64,000 bases of DNA from Negaprion brevirostris. Lineage: Eukaryota. Under the pieces are notes generated by a model. The model searched no databases. It saw only the letters and a list, made by a program, of their open reading frames with translations, and was not told the origin of the DNA. Shown here one piece after another: positions 36,781-49,590 of the stretch. Both the position numbers and the translations under genes were made by a program. The stretch lies in assembly GCA_030324005.1 (NCBI GenBank), contig JARDVH010000073.1, positions 48,823,502 to 48,887,501 on the forward strand. The letters run 5' to 3'. Position 1 is the stretch's first letter, and each line of letters starts with the position of its first letter.

Positions 36781-36975
36781 TGATGTGGAGATGCTGGCGT
36801 AGGACTGGGGTAAACACAGTAAGAAGTCTCTCAATACCAAGTTAAAGTCCGACAGGTTTATTTGGTAGTAAACACCACTAGCTTTTGGAGCACTGCTCCT
36901 TCATCAGGTGAGTGGGGAGTTCCGATCACAAACAGGGCATATAAAGGCACACACAGTTTACAGAATACTGATTAG
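36781..36975 (-). mobile_element. Penelope-type terminal fragment with degenerate hammerhead core
   Basis: Minus strand reads cac-CTGATGA-a-ggagca-g-tgctcc-aAAAgctagtg: stem II is intact and the conserved GAAA is changed to AAAA. Confidence 0.65.
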
Positions 36976-36980
36976 AATGC

Positions 36981-37229
36981 AGCTTGGGTCACTGTGTGGG
37001 GTTTGCACATTCTCCTCCTATCTGCATGGGTTTCCTCTGGGTGCTCTGGTTTCCTCCCACAGTCCAAAAATGTGTGGATTATGTTGGTTGGCCATGCTAA
37101 AATTGTCCCTTAGTGTCCTGAAATGCATAGGTTAGAGGGATTAGTGGGTAAATGTGTAGGGATATGGGAGTAGGGCCTGGGTGGGATTGTGGTCAGTGCA
37201 GACTCGAAGGGCCAAATGGCCTCTTTCTG
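36981..37229 (+). mobile_element. HE1-type SINE (head truncated, tail runs into a gap)
   Basis: gcttgggtcactgtgtg..tttgcacattctcc..ggccatgctaaaattgtcccttagtgtcc..gggccaaatggcctc. Confidence 0.85.
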
Positions 37230-37329
37230 NNNNNNNNNNNNNNNNNNNNNNNNNNNNNNNNNNNNNNNNNNNNNNNNNNNNNNNNNNNNNNNNNNNNNNN
37301 NNNNNNNNNNNNNNNNNNNNNNNNNNNNN

Positions 37330-37635
37330 AAGGGTCCTAGAACAGATCCCTGGGGCACTCCACTGGTGACCGACCTCCATGCGGAAAAAGACCCATCCAC
37401 AACCACCCTCTGCCTTCTGCAGGCAAGCCAGTTCTGGATCCACAAGGCAACAGCCCCTTGGATCCCATGCCCTGTCACTTTTTCAAGAAGTTTTGCTTGG
37501 GGGACCTTATCAAATGCCTTGCTGAAGTCCATGTAAACCACATCCACCGCTCTTTCTTTGTCAATGTGTTTAATCACATTTTCAAAGAACTCAACTAGGC
37601 TCGTAAGGCACAACCTGCTCTTGACAAAGCCATAT
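37330..37635 (-). mobile_element. CR1 LINE reverse transcriptase fragment
   Basis: CLTSLVEFFE..AVDVVYMDFSKAFDKVP..WIQNWL..RRQRVVVDG..SGVPQGSVLGP. Confidence 0.95.
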
Positions 37636-37696
37636 AGTTTACCTTTATCTACCCTGTCTTTCCTAGAAATTCTTACTGCACAGAAACTAACATAGA

Positions 37697-38891
37697 GGAG
37701 AAATTCAATAGGTCCTGTTTTTGGTTAAGGTGCATCTCATCTTGGGCCCAGTCCCCTTGAGACGGGCAGCATGCAAATTTCACCATGGCTACTCACCAAC
37801 ATCACTGTAGTGCATCAATGCAAAACATGCTGCTGAGTGGCTGTACCCTCAGTGAGGACTCTCATGCTGAGTGCAGCCTACAGCTAGCCTGTACTATTTA
37901 AAGTACTAATGCAGTCTCTTAAAGAGGAAATGCACTCAGATGACATCAACTGGTGAAACAGCATAAAATAGGCTTTGATTAAAGAAAGATGACTGGTATT
38001 GAAGCAACAGTCCCAAGAGAGTTCTCCCATGTCCACACATGCATTGATAGGTGTGGAAAGGAGGAAAGATGTTTACTTCTCATGTACATTATTTATCTTA
38101 AACTTAGGTAATGTTTTCATTGTCTGAAATTTCTGACTGATCACTAATATGCCTGCACACCTCTTAGTGTATAGAAATCTCTCGTAAAGCCAATGTACCC
38201 CAGTGAACCATGTAATTACTTGTGTAGGGATCTTATCAGGGTTGTCTGTTGTCAGAACCAGCTAATAATAGGCAGCAAATGAGGGAAAGTCTTGGCCACT
38301 GAGAAGAAGGTGTCATATTTGAAGGGCAGAAAACACACGGCTGTAAAGCCAGCAAGAGCAGAGGAGACTAAAAGGCAAGCCAGACAAGTGTGGAACTGGT
38401 ATAACGGCAGCTGCTAGCGGAAACTAAATCCATTTTAATTTGCAATGCTCACCAGGCTTCTCACTTGCCTTACTCAGAATACATAACGTGTCCCTCAGGG
38501 AGATCTATCAGCCTTCATGCCTCTGATGTCTTCATCATGTTTGCCTAGCCTCCAGCTTGTCACTCCTGTGCTTTTTTCTTTCTTACTTTCCCCTCTGGAG
38601 CAGCAGTCTTGTTGCAGCAAAAGACTGCTGACTGCAGCCAACACTGACCTGCCACTGAGTTCCTCAAGTGGCAAGACTCTGGAGCTTGGGGCTCTGTAAA
38701 AATCAAAAACCTCTGAAAAATGCCCAATTGAAGGCTCAGTTGCCTGTTCACTGTCTCCACCTGGCAACCTGATGCCTCCTGGAAACTTCAACAGTGACGG
38801 GGACATGTTTAGCTCAGTCCTGAGGCAACCCCCTGCCATATTATTGGCGCACCCACCCCCCAACCTCTCATTCTGCACTAGAATTTTGCCC
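37697..38891. mobile_element. Probable Harbinger-derived non-autonomous element
   Basis: Ends are gaggagaaattc and gaattttgccc. A Myb-start-like remnant (gaaaggaggaaagatgtt) lies near 38055. Confidence 0.35.
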
Positions 38892-40049
38892 CATGCATTC
38901 ACATCTCTGGAGTGGGCTCAAATCCACAAATTTTCAACAGCAGTGAGAGTGAGCTTTTGGCATTAAGTCAAGTTTGACATATGAAACTGTAAATCAGTAA
39001 CTGAATTGAGTATAATTTGGCTGCTCTGTCAGGCAGTCAATTAGAACAAAGGTCATTATTGCAGTTATGTAGTCTGTATTAAATAGGATAAAACATATAC
39101 CTCAATAATCAAAACCAAATGGCTGATCTATTATCAGGGGTATGTCTGCACTTTCACAGAATTCACAATCAAAGCTCCAAAGAATTTGTGACCCATCAAC
39201 CTAACACACACTTTTGACAGTAATGACTTTTTTAAAGCACAGCAATCATCCTAACTATCTGTCCCAGCCTCTCCGAATCCTTCTAACCCAACTTTATCTC
39301 TGGATATAATCAAGTCCTCCATTAGTTACTAAGAGCAGGATTTTGAGCTCCTGATGTGTCCAGGAAAGAAGGCAATGGGAGTTAGACAGAACTCATTAAG
39401 AACCTATTAAAGCCAATTAAAGGAGGTAGAATTTTCCAGCAGGTGCCAGCCTAAGTGCCTGGAGGTGGCTGTCAGTGACAGAGTGGGAGGCCAGTGTTCT
39501 CGATAGGCACCCAGCATGAGTGCTGAAACACTAAAGGCTATCCTATTTAATGGCTATCACTACGCCCTGCATACCCCCACCAGTGGTGACCTGGCTGCAA
39601 GATCTGTTTTAGATTTATATGTATAATTTTAAAAAGTTGAACAGAGGCCTAATCCATGTTGAAGCACCTGTTCCCTTTCCCTTAAGTTGTCTTGCAACCT
39701 ACTGCGCCTCTCAAACTGAGAGGTCACTGACTGGCCTGTCAGCTACGAGAGCCTGCCTTCCAATTAAGGGGGTGCCCCCATGAAAAACAGAATTGGTGAC
39801 CATTCCCCCCTAAGATTCAGGGCACGATAATAGTCCCACCTCTCTTTCCCATCCCTGCAGTGAAACTCCTGTCCTAATTGTAATTTTAATGTTGCGATTT
39901 TGCTAAATTTGTCTTTTAGTACCTCTTGCTTCTTCTTTCCCTGCCTCATTTCATCTTACTTTTATTCTTCATATGAACTTTTCTTACTTTTACTTGAGAC
40001 TTAGGTGACTATATTGGCATAAAGGCACTCATTTCTCATGCATTCCTGT

Positions 40050-40334
40050 AGTGGCACAGTCGTCAGCACTGTTGCCTCACAGAATCAGGGACCTGGGTTT
40101 GATTCCTGTCTTGGGTCACTGTGCAGAGAAGGCACATTCTCCCCATGTCTGCATGGGTTTCCTGCAGGTGCTCCGGTGTCCTCCCACAGTCCAAAAGACG
40201 AGCTGGTTAGGTGCATTGACCATGCTAAATTTCACCTCAGAATACTCAACTGGTGCTGGAGAATGGCAACTAGGGGATTTTCACAGTAACTCCATTGCAG
40301 TGTTAATGTAAGCCTACTTGTGACACTAATAAAT
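40050..40334 (+). mobile_element. V-SINE with HE1 head and core but an alternative tail
   Basis: HE1-like up to catgctaaatt, then ctaggggattttcacagtaactccattgcagtgttaatgtaagcctacttgtgacactaataaa. Confidence 0.85.
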
Positions 40335-42131
40335 ACATTTAAACTTGGACTCAAATCAAAATCCATTGTGCTGTTTCTTATTCTAACCTGAAGTCTCAGA
40401 TGTGTAGAGACCTGTTCCCTCCTCTGCAATCTTTTAGGTTTTTAAGACTCAAACCTGGCATTACTACTTCTTAATATCTTTCTACTTCACCAAGCTTGAC
40501 AAGGTGCCAAAAATACCCAACACAGTGGGGTAGATTGGCAACTTTTTTTGCCTTATGTAAAATTAACATTGTGTCACCATTATACAGGACCAGCTAACTT
40601 TCAACTTCACTGCTACCAATGCAAGTGAAAATTGCCCATTTCCCAAGATAGGTAGAAAATCCATTATGCCAGCTTTGCACTTGGGCAGCAAGCAATGCTT
40701 CTTTTAATTTCTCCTTGGTTTGTGTGACCTGCTTTTTGTGCAGCACAGTCACATTAAAGTTGCCACACACTGGCGCATGTGCACATCTTAAAAAATCCGC
40801 TTTTTGTGCACTGCCCATTCATCGCCTGTGCAGTACATTCCTGATTGCTGCATGACTGTGGGTTTGTGTAGCTTAGAAGGAATATTGGCAGCAAGTTTGA
40901 ACCTCCATTATTTCTTAATTAGCTACAAATCATTGATTGATATGGTTGAAGTAATGTAGCTATAATGAATTTCCTGTGAATTCCACCATTAAAAGATTTA
41001 CATTGTTAAAAAATAAGAAAAAACTCAGATGAGACCCACATATGCTTCAAACCATTCAATATCATGGATTATTTCAAAGCTGTCATCCTACTTTGGAAAA
41101 CAGATGATGGTTATTACGTACTTGGCTTTACTCAGTTTTTAGACCATCAATTTGATTAGAACCTTGGAAACATTCCCAGATATCCATTTTCTCTCCCATA
41201 ATTTTCTTGCTACCAACTCTTGCTGCAAGACTTCATTTTCTCACAGCTATGAGCAATTAACCCTTAACCTGCTTGCAGGTCCAGGTCAATGGTAATCTAC
41301 CTGGGGCACTTTTATTTAATGTCAGTGATACATCAGTACTACAGGAATAAAGTTACTCAAAAATTAACTCTAAACTGCAAACCAAAATGCCAAAATTTCA
41401 AATGAAAGTTATCTATTGACCGCTCTTCACTCTGGTTCCTATTTTGTCTTCTTGACTCTTTTATGTTTATTATTTCAGCTTGAAAATTGCATTACTTCTA
41501 CCTCTTATACCTTTTGAAATATTTTCCCTTGATTCTTCTGTCCAAAGTAGAGATGGGTTGAAAAATAATGAGTACAATGTGAGAACAATAATGCATCTAT
41601 CATGAAAAGTGCAATACTCCCCAGCTCAGTACCCCACATCTTTTGCTGAAACTGACAAAATTTCTTACCCAATCCAGACATGACCATTCCAACTTGCTTC
41701 TCTGGCCTCCCATCTACTACAAACTCCACAAAGTCCAAAACGTTCTGTAAAGGTGCTCATTCACCAGTTTAAGGAAAACACTGTTTAAGGAAAAGTCTTT
41801 ACAGAGGCTTCCAGCCTCATGGCTGAAATAAGCCCCCAAGATGACTTTAAGTACAAATGCCCGCGCTTACCAGGGTGATTCCCCCACCCTGCTCCTCCAG
41901 TGGTTCCCTGGGTCATGTGGCCCTTATTCTGCAGATGATCCTTAAAGGGACAATCATCACGTATTCCAACACATTCCTCATCACTGCCATCCTTNNNNNN
42001 NNNNATCCTTGTTATCATTTATGAATCATTCTGTGATTTTGCTCCACCACTCTGTGGTCTAGTACATCCCTACTCTGCTATCTGGTCCTGCTCATGGAAT
42101 TCTATTTTTCAACCTCCCCATCACTCTGCCA

Positions 42132-42231
42132 TAAAAGCAGAAGGTGCTGGAAATACTCAGCAGGTCTAGCAGCATCAGTGGAGAGAGCAAAACGGAGATA
42201 ATATTTCAAGTTGAATATGACTCTTCAGAAG
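42132..42231 (-). mobile_element. Penelope-type terminal fragment with degenerate hammerhead core
   Basis: Minus strand reads tt-CTGAAGA-gtcatattcaactt-GAAA-tattatctcc. The flank tgctggaaatactcagcaggtc is shared with other copies. Confidence 0.6.
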
Positions 42232-43084
42232 TATTCAGTCCTACTTCGTACCTTCTCAGCTCAGTTCCCATTTTCCTTATTTGTGCAGAATGTCAGGACA
42301 TTCTTACAGTAAGAACATTTTGTCCCTGAAAGCTGCTATTGGAATTATTTTTTACCCATTTGAACCTAATATTAGGACAATATTAGCTACATGAAAAGTC
42401 AAATCCAAAAGGTATCCTTGTAAACTGCAAAACCTGATTATTCCAGGGTGAATGAATTCAATTGGCAATTTAAAAAAAACACCTTCATGCCTCAAAACCA
42501 ATTGAATTTTTATATGCACAAAAACATTTATTAATAAAATTCTGAAACCTAACTCAAGTGTAGTAATGCAGTACAAATCTTACACCCAGAAAAAGGAAGA
42601 TATTAGGAAATCATGGGATCCAATAAAATTAATGATTGGAGAATGATGGGCTGCTTGTCTCCTTTGGGTTGATGCATACTCGTTATGTCCTGCAAGTGAC
42701 AATTTGGCTTGGTGATAGCTTTCGCTCCTCTTTTCAAAAGGTTATGGCATCAAGCATCAATCCAGGACTTGACCACATAACCTAGGCTGACAGTGCATAG
42801 TCCACCGAACAGACACATGTTATTTGATCAATTGGGTCAATGCTATTCTTTAGGTACCTCACCAATTTTGATTTTTTTTTGTTGTGCCTTTTATTTCAGG
42901 ATTTTGGCTAAAAGAGCAATGTGATTGCATGTGCAGTAACTTGAAGGGGTAATTTGTGCATGGCCTGCATGGGAGCTCCAGGTTTTCTATGCAGCCATGC
43001 ATCATAGATGGAATATTGCCTCGTAGGCACATTCGCTATTTCATGGCAGTATTTATAGCTTAACAATAATAATTCTCCCTGCAC

Positions 43085-43278
43085 TCTGCCCAATGTTTAT
43101 CTTCCTACCAAAAATAGATTAGCTGACTAATTGTTTCATTGCTGTTTGTGGGATCTTGCTGACTGCAAAGTGGCTATTACATTTGCTTTCACTTCAGATG
43201 TAACGCATTGGCTGTGAATCACTTGGAGATTAACTAAGGTTGCAAAACACGCCATGTAAAAGCAAATTCTTTTTTTCT
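43085..43278 (+). mobile_element. DeuSINE-like 3' part
   Basis: tcattgctgtttgtgggatcttgct..cattggctgtgaatcacttgg..gcaaattctttt. Confidence 0.6.
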
Positions 43279-44922
43279 TGCCAATGTTGCTTCCACCAAG
43301 AGCACTGTGTCATGGAATCAATCCTTAAAAATCTTACTCCATCTCAACAATAATTACAATCCTCACAGCAAAACTCAGGACAGTTGCAGAAAAGAGTCAA
43401 TGGCACATTCTCTTAAATATGATGTCCATTTATGGCTTTGATTGAGTTTATGTCCTTGAGGAGCACAACAATGGACAAACTACAATTGGATTCAGGGAAG
43501 AGATTAATACGATAAAACTCCAGCTGACAATCTAGTGACTACCAATGGAATGCATGAATGAAGGTAAATGGGCAGCTAAGAAGACCGAGCTGTAATGTTG
43601 TTCATGAGCAAATAGGCTGCTCATGCTCATTGCTTATTCCTACATGTATAGACGGACCATTTTAGAAGGTATCAGGGAACTGCTTCCCACACCTGGAACT
43701 ACATCCTTTGAGAGATGAGGACATTTTGAAGTCCTGCACTACATTTGGATGTTCTGAACTACACACATTAAAGATCATTTTGTGGCAAAAATAATCTTCT
43801 CACTCAATTACAAAAATATTGGACAATAATGGAGTATTTTCTGACATCAGTTATTCCCAATAGATAAAATTTCCAGCTTACACACTGTACTAATTCCAAA
43901 CTAAAATCCACTGGATTCAATTAGACAATTTGAATGAATGGCACTGGAGGGATTATTGCTGAGGGAAACTAATCAAAATAAGCAGATAAATCAAAGTGAG
44001 TGACTTTTGGTGAAGGATAGATCTATTCTTAATAGGTTATAATTTTTAACTCTGAATTTCTACTCAGCGTTATGCAGAATGTAAACTTGGTTAAAGAAAG
44101 GAACTAAGTGAGTTAGTTCACTGGCTTTTCATTTTAGAAATCATTAAACATAACGCTAACTATTCCCTTTCAGCATCAACCCTGTTCCTTTCAGGTAAGA
44201 GTTTCTAAACTTCCCTGGTTGATACAGAGATCACCGAATGCAAGATGTCACTCAAAGATGAGATGTTGAACCTTGCATGAAAGTTGGCATGACTAATATT
44301 AATTTTATTCATTATTAATTGATTAATTTTATCCTACTTCAGTATCAGCCTGGATTGGAAGAAAAGAGTAAGGAAGGTAATGGTCATATGTCACCATTTT
44401 GATTGTTAAAGTCATGACATAAAACATCCCTCACTGAAGCAAAGTGCATAGGTTGGAGAATAATTTTCTTGCCATAGATTGTGGCCTCAACCTAGGTTCC
44501 TACATCTGGTGCCCTCAAACAAAAAGTTTTAACACAGTACACATTTTGGATGGGAAAAATTCAGCTTATCAAAAACCATGTGTTGATTATTCTCTGCAGA
44601 ATAGGTGCATGATTGAAGCAATATGTGATTAATTATAGAATACATTCTCATCATTCATCATGTCCTTTTTTAACGTTGCTGCATTTTAAACTACTTTTCC
44701 ATGTTGATTTTGTTTAGCAACTCTTTTTTCAAATTGAATTATTTGCTAATTTCATGTCAAATTTCCCAAAGTAATTTTGCTTTAAGCATCAACAAAGTAG
44801 GTGTTACATTAAACCCAGTTATGTATTTGGACAACTCATTTTTAAAATAAATCTCTTGGCAAGTTAAAGGATGCACTATATATTTTTTAAGAACAGCAGT
44901 TGCTTACCAGTTAATACATATT

Positions 44923-45053
44923 GGCCGGAATTCTCCAACCTCACCCGCGGCTGAGATTCTCCGGTCCTGCTGCAATGAATGGAGATTTGGCTGAGCGCCA
45001 AATTCTCCAATCTGGTAGCAACGGAGGAGTTTACAAGACTGGAGATTTCTGGC
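44923..45053. mobile_element. MITE with 15-bp terminal inverted repeats
   Basis: ggccggaattctcca ... tggagatttctggcc (2 mismatches). Confidence 0.75.
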
Positions 45054-46380
45054 CACTAGCATCATTGCTGGCAAAGTGGAGTGTTGCCGTTTAAAGCCAC
45101 AGTGTCTAATTGCTGTAAACTGTGACATTCCTGAGCTCACTTACAAGCTTGTTCCTCATAGGCACAGCCTGAGGTCACTTTGAGGGTATCGGGGCTGAGA
45201 ATGTGATCTGAGAGTATGATCTTGAACAAATCTGAATCTGAGTGCACATCCTCGGACACTGAGGCCTACAGATAGGGTTGACAGCTGTGATTAAATATAT
45301 TCTAAGAGGCTCCATCACATGACTCAGCAATTATTCAGCTAACACCATCCTTGTGACGCACTGCCTTCCTCCCAATTGGAAGATGCTTGACTGTTAGCCA
45401 AACAGCCTTTTCATCCTCCTATTTTTGATATTTTTATATCTAATAAAGAGAAATGTTCCAGGAAAATGACAAAAAAAGGAGGTGGTGGGGAGCCTGAGCT
45501 CTAGGGGCAACATTGTGCAGGTATCTCCCAGTGTGTTGGCAGATTGCCTGATTCCAGCCACCCCCACCCTCCACTAACCCATGCACATCGGNNNNNNNNN
45601 NNNNNNNNNNNNNNNNNNNNNNNNNNNNNNNNNNNNNNNNNNNNNNNNNNNNNNNNNNNNNNNNNNNNNNNNNNNNNNNNNNNNNNNNNNNNNNNNNNNN
45701 NNNNNNNNNNNNNNNNNNNNNNNNNNNNNNNNNNNNNNNNNNNNNNNNNNNNNNNNNNNNNNNNNNNNNNNNNNNNNNNNNNNNNNNNNNNNNNNNNNNN
45801 NNCCCCATCTCCTACCTATCTCCTATCCTGGCAGCGTTCTTCTTCCCTCCCACCCTGGCAGATCCTGTCCCCCAACCACCTAGGGAGCATCAATGGTCTC
45901 TGATCCCCTGCTCCGTACCTCCCGGCCCCCAGTGAGGCCATCATTTCTGGTCCCCGTATGTAATTGTCACTGGGGAGAATCTCAACCTGCAAGGTGGTTA
46001 AGGCAAATTGAAACTTGTGGGAAAAGCTTAAGCCTGGATGACAGCACAAGTGACATGCAAAGCTTGTTATTAATATTTAAATTAGCCTGTACAATTGGAG
46101 GATACAAAAAATGGGTGTGTTTCCGATTTTCACCTCCCGCCCGATCTTACCACCTCAGGTCAGGCTCAATTTCTATATTATTTCTCGATGATCATTCTCC
46201 AGGGTTGCACCTAGCAGTGTACTAGGGATTCCTGGAGATATCAGGCCAATCCAGGAGGGTTGACAACTCCAACTACAGAACACCTAATGCACCTGGAATA
46301 TGATAAATGACACCAGAAGTGTTTGTAGCCTCAGAGCGTGCTTGATTATGTTCATGGTTCATTGTTTTCTCAAAATACTT

Positions 46381-46682
46381 GGGTGGCACTTTGCCACAGT
46401 GGTTAGCACTGCTGCCTCACAGTGCCATGGATTCAAGTTTGATTCCTGCCTTGGACCACTGTCTGTGCAGAGTCTGCACGTTCTCTCTATGTCTGCGTGG
46501 GTTCCCTCCAGGAGCTCCAGTTTCCTCCCCCAGTCCGAAAGAAATGCTGGTTGGGTGCATTGGTCATGCTAAATTTTCCCTCAGTATACCCAAACAGGTG
46601 CCGGAGTGTGGCGACTAGGGAATTTTCACAGTAACGTCATTGCAGGGTTAATATAAGCCAACTTCTGACATTAATAAATAAA
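46381..46682 (+). mobile_element. V-SINE with alternative tail, full length
   Basis: Head cacagtggttagcactgctgcctcacag and tail gtgtggcgactagggaattttcacagtaacgtcattgcag..taataaa. Confidence 0.85.
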
Positions 46683-48464
46683 TTTTATATGTTTAGATTA
46701 ATTCTGTTTCATATAGTGCTATGAGCGTCTGTGCTCCAGATGCCCTTGTGTCCATACAAAATGAATACATGAACAGAGACTAAGTCATTATGGGGGCATA
46801 AGCTCATTATCATAAAGCCTTTTGGTTGTTGCAAACATTCAGTTGGTTGCATGTAGACCTTACAGCCTGCTGTAAGATGTATATGTAATTCCAGTCCCAC
46901 ACCAATGTGGGTGACTGTAAAGACTCTCATTTAGTTTTGGAAGTCATTCAGTTGCTGCAGACTGCTACAAAGGGCAATAAGAAAGAAAAAGTCTCACGGT
47001 TTTGGGTTAAATATGAGCAAGGAAACCGGCTGCTGAGTCCTATAAACCAGATATCATGACAGCAGATGCAGGTACATAAGAACAGCCTCATTTCCAAGCC
47101 ACATACCATCTTGATTTAGATATATGTCCCTGTTCCTTAACAATTGCTGGGTTAAAATTATACATTGCAACACTGCGGGAGCCAGATAAACTGAAGTCAA
47201 TCCTCCTCTAGGTTTACATTCCTCACAATTTATCCACTACCAATCTTCTTGGGGCACAAGGTTTCAGAAACTAGTCAAAATGCTGATGCAAAATCTGAAC
47301 TTTACAGTTACTGTTCAGAACAAAGCAAAAGAAATATCAAGCGCAAAAAATAGTTCTGTGGCCACTAAAATAACCACATATTGAGTTAAAATGAAAATGT
47401 GCCCATTGTCACTTGAATATTTTGAGTATCTAATGGCTATTAGAACATTATCCTATTTCTATTGACTGGGTCTAGTCTGACTCTTTGCAGTAGGATTAAA
47501 CGTTGTGGTGTTCATTTCATATACTGCAGATACAAAATTTCACATTAGCAAAATGATGATTGAATAAGTGATACCAGATGGCTGAAGAAAACATCAAACC
47601 TGCATGGTTCCAATTTGCTTTAAATTATACCCCATTTATGTCATTCATCAGGATTGAAATTGAAATTTGTGGGAAAAGCTTAAGATCTTGTTATTGAACC
47701 CAGTTAACGTGACAATATTTCAATAAGAGTTTTCATATGTCAGCAACCATATAAGTTTCCATTTTTAAAGTGAGTTGCACTTCATCATTAGTGAGTTCTC
47801 CTGATTTATCTTGCTCAGAATAGCAAAAAGAGTAAAAATCTCAGTGAAGGTCTATTCAAAGAGAACAGGAGAAAAGATTCTTAAAAAGCCAAAATCGTGA
47901 CTAGGGTACAATAAATTGGGGGTTAAAAACTATGTAGATTACAGGAAGAAAACTTGAATTCCATAGTTTCGAGTTCTTTTGAAAACATGATAGAGGCTAG
48001 TGTATGAAGCAAACAGCATACTGTAAGAATGAACTGGCTGGTTTTTGAATTAGATAATATATTCTGACTTAAAAGAAATAAGAGACCTACAGCCGGATTT
48101 TCATCTCCCAATGGAGATGTGAAACAGGTCGCCAAATGCTGAACTTTAATTTTTTTTGCTGGAAAGACGATTTATCTCTGACTTGCTGACCCCACACTAT
48201 TTTCGTTAGCCTTTTCGTTGGTCAGAAATGCCTGGGGTTTGAAACACGTATGTCCCTCTTTGTGAGATTGTATTCCCCGTTGTGAGAACTCCTGAAAAAT
48301 AGCATTTTCCCCTCCACTCAAATCTTATTTCTTGATGTGCATTTTGAAAGTCTCAAAAATTGCATCTCCTCAAAGAGCTTGTGGCCTGCTGAGGTATTGG
48401 GAATATTCTGATAGCTAATATTTTGATGCCTTCAAATGTCACCAATAGATGATGTACTATTTTT

Positions 48465-48935
48465 ATTTGTTGACGGGATGTGGATCTTGCTAGCTAAACT
48501 AGAATGTTTTACTGCTCATCCCTAATTGCCCATAAGAAGGTAGTGTTCAGTTGCCATCTTGAACCATATAGTGCAGGCACATCCATGGTGCTGTTAGAGA
48601 GAGAATTCCAGGATTTTGACCCAGTAATAGTGAAGGAATGGTGATATATTTCCAAGTCAGGATGGTGAGTGATTTGGAGGAGAACTTCCAGTTGGTGGTG
48701 TTCACATGTATCTTGTCCTTCGAGGTGGCAGAGATTGCAGGCTTGGAAGGTGCAACTGAAGGAGTCTTGGTAAGCTCCTTGTGGATAGTATATATCGCTG
48801 CCACTGAACATAAATGGTGGAGGGTATGGGTGTTAAAGGTGGTAGGTGCCAATCAAATGGGCTCCTTTGTCCTGGAGGATGGTGTTGAGTTTCTTGAGCG
48901 TTGTTGGAGCTGCGTTCATCCAGGCAAGTATTCCA
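48465..48935 (-). mobile_element. CR1/L2-group LINE 3' end
   Basis: catccctaattgccc..ttccaggattttgacccag..atatttccaagtcaggatggtg..catccaggcaag. Confidence 0.8.
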
Positions 48936-49537
48936 TGATTCTAGGGATCCTATGATTCTATGAGTGACTATAGAGGGTACATGGCACAAGTAGATTTGGC
49001 ATGTGTGATCTGACAGGACATCTAAGGGTGCATGAAGTAGCATAGTGATGTCTTAACAAAACATATTTCAAAACAAACAATAGTTGAACTTAAATACGGG
49101 GAAGTCTCCTTCTCAATACTCAAACCCAAGTAGAATTGAATGATGTCTAGTTCAATTCCTCTGGTTCTGCTTAGATTGTAGTCAATAATGGTAAGTCTAC
49201 AATTGGTAAGAGCGAGTAACCAGCATATTTCCTGTAGATGAGGCAATGCCCAATAAGATGAAGATAACTGAGAGCAATCCTGGTTTCTGCTCTAACCCAC
49301 TAAAAGCTTGTGCTCTCCTATTTCAAACCAGCAAGACTAACTTATGGTTTGTTAGTAGAAAAATCAGAGTTCAAACTAATAACAAAAATCATAGTGTCAA
49401 TTGTAGTAAGAGTAAAATAGGAAGAAAAGGTTAAGCAACTTTAGCAGTGTAGGTTCTGTGCAAGATCAGAGTAACATTAAAAATATCAGTAGATTGAAGA
49501 CTCATCATTTGGTAGTACAGAACTTGAGTATTGCTGA

Positions 49538-49590
49538 AAAAAGAAACATTTGTTAAAGCTTTTCATCTTATATTCATCAGGGGTAATCTT
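49538..49590 (-). mobile_element. Penelope-type terminal fragment of another family, with hammerhead core
   Basis: Minus strand reads cc-CTGATGA-atataagat-GAAA-agcttt, with the palindrome AAGCTT as stem III. The element appears to resume near 49870 after an insertion. Confidence 0.5.
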
